Translations under genes and position numbers: made by a program | Virus record (IMG/VR): IMGVR_UViG_3300011338_000269 | Span: 1-38,434 of that record | DNA length: 38,434 nucleotides | Source: a virus | Lineage: Duplodnaviria; Caudoviricetes | Reading direction: 5' to 3' (one strand) | Shown: positions 32,474 through 38,434 of the stretch, piece after piece | How positions within the stretch are numbered: the first letter of the stretch is position 1 | How the letters are laid out: each line of letters starts with the position of its first letter | Notes under the pieces: generated by a model | What the model saw: only the letters and a program-made list of their open reading frames with translations | What the model was told of the DNA's origin: nothing | The model's database searches: none

Positions 32474-34491
32474 CTAAAGTCCACCTGTCCCTGTGCTGCC
32501 TTCTTAATAATAATTTCATTATAGAAGTCCCTAGCAAACTTAGGGTCTGTCTTATAATATTTAGCTATTGTATCTTTAGCACCAGCTTGTCTACTTCTTT
32601 CAAGAAGACCTTTAATAATTTTCTCTTGTTGAAACTCGTCATACTTATTCCATTGTGGACTATTCATTGTCTTCTCTAAACCACTGGCAAACCAACCACC
32701 AGCACGTTGGCTATAGAAAGATAGTTGATCTGCTGTTAGTTCAACATTGCCCACCTTCTTACCAATGCCTGTAATGTCTACACCAATTGTACTTAAACGA
32801 TTCTGTATCTCTGTTGGTGTAAACACCTTAACACCGAGAAGCACTTCACTAAGGCTTGTCTTAACAGGCTGTCCCATAGTGTCATAACGAACAGGAAGTT
32901 GATCTCTTAAGCCGGGGATGCGTGATACAAGTCTATCTGTAAAGCTAACTACTTGTCTCTCATATTCATCAAAGCTACGTGCCACACTAGAAAGACCAGC
33001 AGGAACTATGGCAGTTGAGAATGAATTAACAAAGCGTTCTCCATATCTTTCTGGGTCTAATACAGCCGCAGTTGCTTTAGCAAGCCCTTCAACAAAAGAC
33101 TTATTCAATATATTATCTGAAACACTTTGTAAAGTTTCACCAATAAAATAAGTAGCTATACCCATTTTTGTTTTAGTATCAAACTCTTTACTGTTCTTTA
33201 CATAATCATTATATGTTTGATGTGCATCAGCAGCTAAACCAAAAATTGTTGCTAAGGGTTCAAGGCGAGCATAGCTGTACCAAGAATCCCCAACTCTTAT
33301 CGAATACTTAGGAAGATCACCTTTAGGGGTTGAGCCTGTTATATAACCTTGTTCAACTAAAGAGTTAACATACATGGTGGCAGCAAATCCAAAGATTTGT
33401 TTAGCAATTAAACGCTCTCTTTGTACTGGTATATTGACTGCCCAATCAAAGTTTCCTGTACCTTTACCAAGTATTGGATCAATCGTTTCTTTCCGTACAG
33501 CTAAACCAATTCCGGGAATATAAGACCTTCCTTCTTTGATAATGTTGTATGGGGTTCTAATAAAAGCAGCAACCAATGCACCGCTAAGTGGGTATTCATT
33601 TCTAAACTTTTGAATCTTACCAGCAAGAGGACTCAGCTTTTCTTGAAACACTTTCTCTTTGGCAAAGTTTCCAATCTCAGCAGCAGCTTTAATACCAAAT
33701 GTTTCACGCATGAGATTATCCCAGTTGTCTGGAGTCATGCGCTGCTCTGTTGCCTTAGCGTAAGCTTCTTCTTTAGATACACCAAGCTTCTCAGCTAAAA
33801 GGTCAGCATCTCTGTATGCTTTAGCATTAAACTCCATCCTACGCAAGGTTGCCTTCCAGAATTCATCAATTGATAAACCAGCCTTAGAGCCAAGCCTTAA
33901 GATTTTACCAACAGTTCCGGGAATTGCTTCAGTATGATAGTCATAGAGCTTCTCTGCAAGCATATCTGTTCTTGCATCATCAAGGCCATACTTAATACCA
34001 AAGTCTCTCATCTCTTTGGCATTAGAATTAATAGCAGCAAGGTTGATCTTAAAATCAGAAGGCTTCCCTGTAACCCAACCACTTTTAGAAAAGTCTAAGC
34101 CTTCACCAAAGCCTTGCATTAAGCTCTTTAGCATAATAAGACCTTCGCCACTCTTACGTTGGTCAGCTTTGTCGGCTGTAATCTTTCCTACAACAGCTTC
34201 TATTTCTCTTAGCATAGGAGCCATCAATGTCTGAGTTGCTCCAGAGACTATGTTGGTTGATAAGTTTGTTGCAGATGTTAAGTAACCATTGATGATATAC
34301 TCAGCAGTCATGTCTCGTATCTTCTTGAAGCTCGCTCCCTCTTTGATGATACGACCTGTCATCTCACTCTTAAGAATATTTGCTTCTGCTTGTGTTAGTT
34401 GTCCACTCTTTACAATTTCATCAACAAGCTTGTGCATGTCAGCCATTGCTAGAATGTTCAACGTGCATTTAGGATCAAATTTACCTGTCAT
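32470..34491 (-). CDS. Large internal virion/ejection protein
   Basis: FIRTPYNI, ITG, YSIRVGD.WYSYARLEP, NKSFVEG pattern of large ejection proteins; start at ATG 34491 after AGGA. Confidence 0.7.
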   Translation of the reverse strand: MTGKFDPKCTLNILAMADMHKLVDEIVKSGQLTQAEANILKSEMTGRIIKEGASFKKIRDMTAEYIINGYLTSATNLSTNIVSGATQTLMAPMLREIEAVVGKITADKADQRKSGEGLIMLKSLMQGFGEGLDFSKSGWVTGKPSDFKINLAAINSNAKEMRDFGIKYGLDDARTDMLAEKLYDYHTEAIPGTVGKILRLGSKAGLSIDEFWKATLRRMEFNAKAYRDADLLAEKLGVSKEEAYAKATEQRMTPDNWDNLMRETFGIKAAAEIGNFAKEKVFQEKLSPLAGKIQKFRNEYPLSGALVAAFIRTPYNIIKEGRSYIPGIGLAVRKETIDPILGKGTGNFDWAVNIPVQRERLIAKQIFGFAATMYVNSLVEQGYITGSTPKGDLPKYSIRVGDSWYSYARLEPLATIFGLAADAHQTYNDYVKNSKEFDTKTKMGIATYFIGETLQSVSDNILNKSFVEGLAKATAAVLDPERYGERFVNSFSTAIVPAGLSSVARSFDEYERQVVSFTDRLVSRIPGLRDQLPVRYDTMGQPVKTSLSEVLLGVKVFTPTEIQNRLSTIGVDITGIGKKVGNVELTADQLSFYSQRAGGWFASGLEKTMNSPQWNKYDEFQQEKIIKGLLERSRQAGAKDTIAKYYKTDPKFARDFYNEIIIKKAAQGQVDFR

Positions 34492-34499
34492 GTTATTCC

Positions 34500-36635
34500 T
34501 TATTGACAATCAACACCGGGTTGAAATAGTCCTTTAACTTCTTTGCCAGCTTCAAATTGAGACTTAGCCAGCTTGAAAGCATTGAGGGTGTCAGAAGCTT
34601 TTGTTCTCTGTCCCTGATAGATACCAAGAATACCAATGGGTAGTTGGCTTCTGTATGTCAGTGTTTGTAGAGCAGCATCAGTGAGTTCTCCTGCATCACG
34701 CAAGCGATTAATCTCAGATAGGTTAGCAGACAGCGTGGCTCGTGCCTCTTCGTAGACAGGACGGAAGGCTTCAACCTCAGCCCTATTCCAGCTCTTGTCT
34801 ATGTTGGGGAATGTGCCATCATCATTCTGTTTGAACACCCAATCTTCTATTGAGCCTTCTTCTCTCTGCATCCTAGCAGCAGCCTTCTCACCAGCCTTCA
34901 TTGTTCCTTCAAGGCTACCACCAAACTCTCCACGACCACGCAGTTGTCTTCCCTTAGCACCAAGAACACCAATGGCCTTAGAGAATAAATCATTCCATTG
35001 CTCATTAGCTGATGGAGGCTCTACGTTAGCTCCACGTTTCTGACCACCAGTGAGTAGTTTCTCTGCATTGGTAGCAAAAGGAACGCTCTCAGCATATACA
35101 AGTTCTTTAGGGGTGGCAGCAGCACCACCGCTTTGGAAGCCTCTAGAAGGGGCTGTAGGTATTTCCATAGGGGTAGGCATAGGAGCTCCCTGAACAGGGG
35201 CTTCCTGAGCCATTCTAGGGGCTTCTTGAGGCACTGGCTCTGCCCTGCCTGTACGTTCCATGACCTGTTGCACACGAGCATCACGTGCAGCCATTTGCTG
35301 TGGTGTGGTTCCTTGTCTTGTCTCAACTTGTATGGGAAACTCTCTAGCAGCAGGAGGAGCTACCATTCCCTTGAGCTTCTCAACCTCAGCCTTCTTAGCC
35401 TCAATCTGTTTAACTAAATATTCCTGTGCTGTCCCCTGCTTAGCAGCTTCAACAATCTGTTGTTTGATAACAGGAACTTCTTCAGGAGTTGCTCTCTTGA
35501 ACAAAGCAGCCACTTGTTTAGCAGGGGCTTCTCGTGTGGGAGCAACAAGGCCAAACTTAGCAGGGAGGTCTTGGCCTTCTGGAGCCTTGAACAAAGCAGC
35601 TACTTGCTTCTCTGTTGGTTTTTTGGTTGGTTCTTTCAAACCAATGAAGTCACCAACCTCTTTCTCTGGTTGTTGCTTCTGTACATTAGCAAGGTCTGTC
35701 TCATGCTTAGCAATCTCAGCCTCTGTCTTAGCAATGCGATCTTCAATGAGCTTTGCTTGTGCAGCATCAAGAGGCTCACGTACAGGAGGCACAGGAGTTC
35801 CCTCAGCTTCTGCCCTACGTAGGTAGGCAGGAACATCATAGTTAACAGCTTGTGCTGCCTGTGCTTCGGCTGCTTGTCTGCTTGGTGGGTTATCAATGGC
35901 CTTAGCCACATCATCAATGGCAGCTTTAGTTGTATCTGTATCTGCTGCTTTGATGGCTCTCTTCTCAAGGAAGTTAATAACCCCCTCACTTGCCTTACCA
36001 AGGCCAGCACCAAAGACAGCACCAACAGCAGTGCCAGCTACTGTGTTAAACAAACGACTCTCTTCTGGAGTGAGGACAGGCTCTAATGCCCCACCTACGG
36101 CTCCCTGTACTGCTCCTTGTTTAGCCATAGTGCCAGCAAGGGTTGCAGCTTTCAAGCCCTTAAGCATAAAGGCAGGGGCTGTAATTGGATCAGCAATAGC
36201 ACCAGCAAACTCACCAGCAAAGCCAGCAACAGGAGCATTAGCAGAGGCAATGCTTGCTGCTGTACGTTCAGCTAAGGCTCGTTCTTCGTTTAAATAGTTA
36301 GGAACCTGTAAAGACTCAGGTAGTTTTTGTGTAAGCCAACTAGGAGCTTGTAAGGCTCCTTTGATACTACTACCACCAGATTGGATGAAACGCTGCATGG
36401 CTCCAGTGAAGGCTGTCTCTCCCATCAATCCAGAGATAATTTGTTCATCAGTATAGCCATCTTGTCTAGCCATATTGATATTAAATTTATTACTTCTTGC
36501 TAGTTCTTCAGCAATTTGTGCAGGAGTATAACCATCTTGTAGGGCAGCTACTAAGTTAAATCTACCAGATGGTTCTACACCAGAGGCTCCAATGGAGCCC
36601 ATGACTTGTTCTTCAGGGCTTAGGAATGTAGCCAT
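34500..36635 (-). CDS. Internal virion/ejection protein
   Basis: 711 aa; duplicated F N...QDGYT..QI N-terminal unit, Gly/Ala hydrophobic segment, low-complexity middle with a duplicated KQVAALFK. Confidence 0.65.
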   Translation of the reverse strand: MATFLSPEEQVMGSIGASGVEPSGRFNLVAALQDGYTPAQIAEELARSNKFNINMARQDGYTDEQIISGLMGETAFTGAMQRFIQSGGSSIKGALQAPSWLTQKLPESLQVPNYLNEERALAERTAASIASANAPVAGFAGEFAGAIADPITAPAFMLKGLKAATLAGTMAKQGAVQGAVGGALEPVLTPEESRLFNTVAGTAVGAVFGAGLGKASEGVINFLEKRAIKAADTDTTKAAIDDVAKAIDNPPSRQAAEAQAAQAVNYDVPAYLRRAEAEGTPVPPVREPLDAAQAKLIEDRIAKTEAEIAKHETDLANVQKQQPEKEVGDFIGLKEPTKKPTEKQVAALFKAPEGQDLPAKFGLVAPTREAPAKQVAALFKRATPEEVPVIKQQIVEAAKQGTAQEYLVKQIEAKKAEVEKLKGMVAPPAAREFPIQVETRQGTTPQQMAARDARVQQVMERTGRAEPVPQEAPRMAQEAPVQGAPMPTPMEIPTAPSRGFQSGGAAATPKELVYAESVPFATNAEKLLTGGQKRGANVEPPSANEQWNDLFSKAIGVLGAKGRQLRGRGEFGGSLEGTMKAGEKAAARMQREEGSIEDWVFKQNDDGTFPNIDKSWNRAEVEAFRPVYEEARATLSANLSEINRLRDAGELTDAALQTLTYRSQLPIGILGIYQGQRTKASDTLNAFKLAKSQFEAGKEVKGLFQPGVDCQ

Positions 36636-36637
36636 AT

Positions 36638-37777
36638 TTATTGCTTATACTTATCTATCCAGCCCGGTGCTGTATTAACAGGCGGCTTAGCGGCAGAAGG
36701 AGCAGAAGGAGGAGTAAAGAGTCTTTCAAACCAGTTCTGTTTAGGAGCCTCTTGAGTGGTTTGTGTAGCAGTCTGTGCTGGAGCAGTACCTTCTTTAAGT
36801 CCTTGCCCTATCATTGCTGCATTCCTACCAGAATATACTTTCTCATCACTACCAAATATTTCACCATTCTTATTCATAAAGCCAATAAGATCTCCTTTGG
36901 GATTAATAGGAGTTGGGTCAGTGTAGACAGCTTTTGTAAAACCACCACCTTGCCCTCTTGTATTAGAGGCCGCAGCAGCAGCATTGCTTTGATTAATATC
37001 TGCTTGATATTTCTTCATCTTAATCTCGTGCTCTGCTTTCTCTTGAGCAACCCTTGTGGCTTCAGCATTTATTGCCAGCGTTGCCTGTGCAAGACGTGCT
37101 CTTAACTCTCTTGCTTCTGTGTCTGTTAATGGCTGACCAGTTTTAGGATTGATTTTCTTAGTCAAAGCTTCTTGAGCCATAGAGTATTCGCCCATAGCAC
37201 CATTGAGGTCTTGCTCAGCTTTCTTAATAGCCAAGTCTTTAGCTTGAACCTCAAGGGGATACATTGCCATACGTTGTTTGTATTCTGCTTCTTGTTGTTT
37301 AGCAGCAATAACCCTACGTTCTTCTTCTAAACGGCGAAGGGCTAATTCTTCGTCAGCACGAACATCACCCTTAACAGCACGAGCCTCTTGGCTTTGTGCC
37401 AATGTCATTGCTTGTTCATCACGCTTGGCTGTACGAGCACGTTCTGTTGCAGCCATAGCATCTTGTGTGAGGCCACGAGCAGCTAAGCCCTTAGCTAAGG
37501 CAGCATACATCTCTGCATCTGTGCCACCTACACGTGTGGCTTCTGCCATTGCTTCGTTTACTCCTTGGATGCGAACCTCATCAGGAGCCTTACCTCCTAA
37601 CAAGCGTCCACCAGCATAGCCAATACCAGCACCAGCGTTAGCCCCCAATGCTGAGATTTGTTGAAGCAGGCTCAGGTTGTTCATCTGACCCGGAGAGGTT
37701 AACAAACCCTCGTAGTATTGCTGAGCAGCCTGCTGTTGTGTTGGTAAATTAAAAAGACCTTCAACTGTTGTTGCCAT
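36638..37777 (-). CDS. Internal virion/ejection protein
   Basis: 379 aa, Ala/Gln-rich coiled coil, Gly-rich hydrophobic N-terminal segment. Confidence 0.6.
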   Translation of the reverse strand: MATTVEGLFNLPTQQQAAQQYYEGLLTSPGQMNNLSLLQQISALGANAGAGIGYAGGRLLGGKAPDEVRIQGVNEAMAEATRVGGTDAEMYAALAKGLAARGLTQDAMAATERARTAKRDEQAMTLAQSQEARAVKGDVRADEELALRRLEEERRVIAAKQQEAEYKQRMAMYPLEVQAKDLAIKKAEQDLNGAMGEYSMAQEALTKKINPKTGQPLTDTEARELRARLAQATLAINAEATRVAQEKAEHEIKMKKYQADINQSNAAAAASNTRGQGGGFTKAVYTDPTPINPKGDLIGFMNKNGEIFGSDEKVYSGRNAAMIGQGLKEGTAPAQTATQTTQEAPKQNWFERLFTPPSAPSAAKPPVNTAPGWIDKYKQ

Positions 37778-37786
37778 TTTTATTCC

Positions 37787-38434
37787 TTAACGATTACCAA
37801 AGGGGCTTGGATTGTATGAGCTAGGGTTTGAATAATAAGAAGCATTTGTTTGTTGTGGTTGTGTAAACATGCCACTAAATGGGTTACTAAACTTACTAAA
37901 GTCCATCTTACCAAAGGCATCACCAGCACTCATCACACCCCTTGCTGCATTTAGATCACCAGCAAGTTGGTACTGAGAGGCAGCATTGCTACCCTCAAGC
38001 ATTGCTTTAGAGCCAGCCATACCACCTGTTAACAAGGCATTAGCTTGTTGTCCTTGAGACACAGAAGCCTTATTACCAATGTCAGCACCAATTGTCATTG
38101 GAGACATACCAAGCTGTTCAACACCAGCGCCAGCAGTGAACAAACCTGTGCCACGAGCAATGAGCTTATCAATTAAGTTCTGTCCATAGGTTGTACTCTC
38201 ATTAGCAATCTGTGCATTAGAAAGCTCACGTGCTCGCATACGTGCAAAGTCATCTGGGTTTAACATACCAGAGACATCGCCTGCACCACCATAGCCAGCA
38301 GAAACACCAAGACCAACACGTCCTGTTTGTAAGCCACGCTCACGTGCCATGATGTCTTCTTGTGTCCTGCCCGGAGCAAGCAAGCCCATCTGTTGTTGAC
38401 AATACTTCTGAGCCTGTTCCTCTGGAGTACCAAT
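37787..38434 (-). CDS. Internal virion/ejection protein, 3' part (starts at 526)
   Basis: Frame is open to the window end and joins the 526-start ORF through the overlap. Confidence 0.75.
   Translation of the reverse strand: MGTPEEQAQKYCQQQMGLLAPGRTQEDIMARERGLQTGRVGLGVSAGYGGAGDVSGMLNPDDFARMRARELSNAQIANESTTYGQNLIDKLIARGTGLFTAGAGVEQLGMSPMTIGADIGNKASVSQGQQANALLTGGMAGSKAMLEGSNAASQYQLAGDLNAARGVMSAGDAFGKMDFSKFSNPFSGMFTQPQQTNASYYSNPSSYNPSPFGNR
38212..38434. repeat. Terminal overlap copy B
   Basis: Matches 1-223 at 219/223 positions. Confidence 0.95.

Overview
The window is an apparently complete, circularly permuted dsDNA podovirus genome. Bases 1-223 repeat at 38212-38434 with 4 mismatches, giving a unit length of about 38,211 bp. 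Two oppositely transcribed arms diverge from a ~965 bp non-coding control region (16716-17680) and meet at a bidirectional terminator (~32424-32456). The + arm carries small early genes, a GP88-like protein, a C5-methyltransferase-like protein, T7-type primase-helicase, DNA polymerase A (Tyr762), SSB, 5'-3' exonuclease, HNH, ThyX, a metallophosphoesterase and a class II (B12) ribonucleotide reductase. The - arm carries TerS, a lysozyme, TerL, portal, scaffold, capsid, tail fibre modules, lysis genes, tail tubular proteins and four internal/ejection proteins. I see no RNA polymerase, integrase, tRNA or CRISPR. The layout resembles Zobellviridae/cobavirus-like phages, and the host is probably a proteobacterium (inferred). 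The most striking signal is non-coding. The control region holds three phased NtrC-type enhancer boxes upstream of a consensus sigma54 promoter facing the first early gene, plus a Fur box, an IHF site and a RutR-like box. A 16-bp GTAACT-N4-AGTWAC palindrome recurs 8 times, only along the early arm and its borders. CCWGG is strongly avoided genome-wide. All family calls are by-eye motif recognition; no searches were run.
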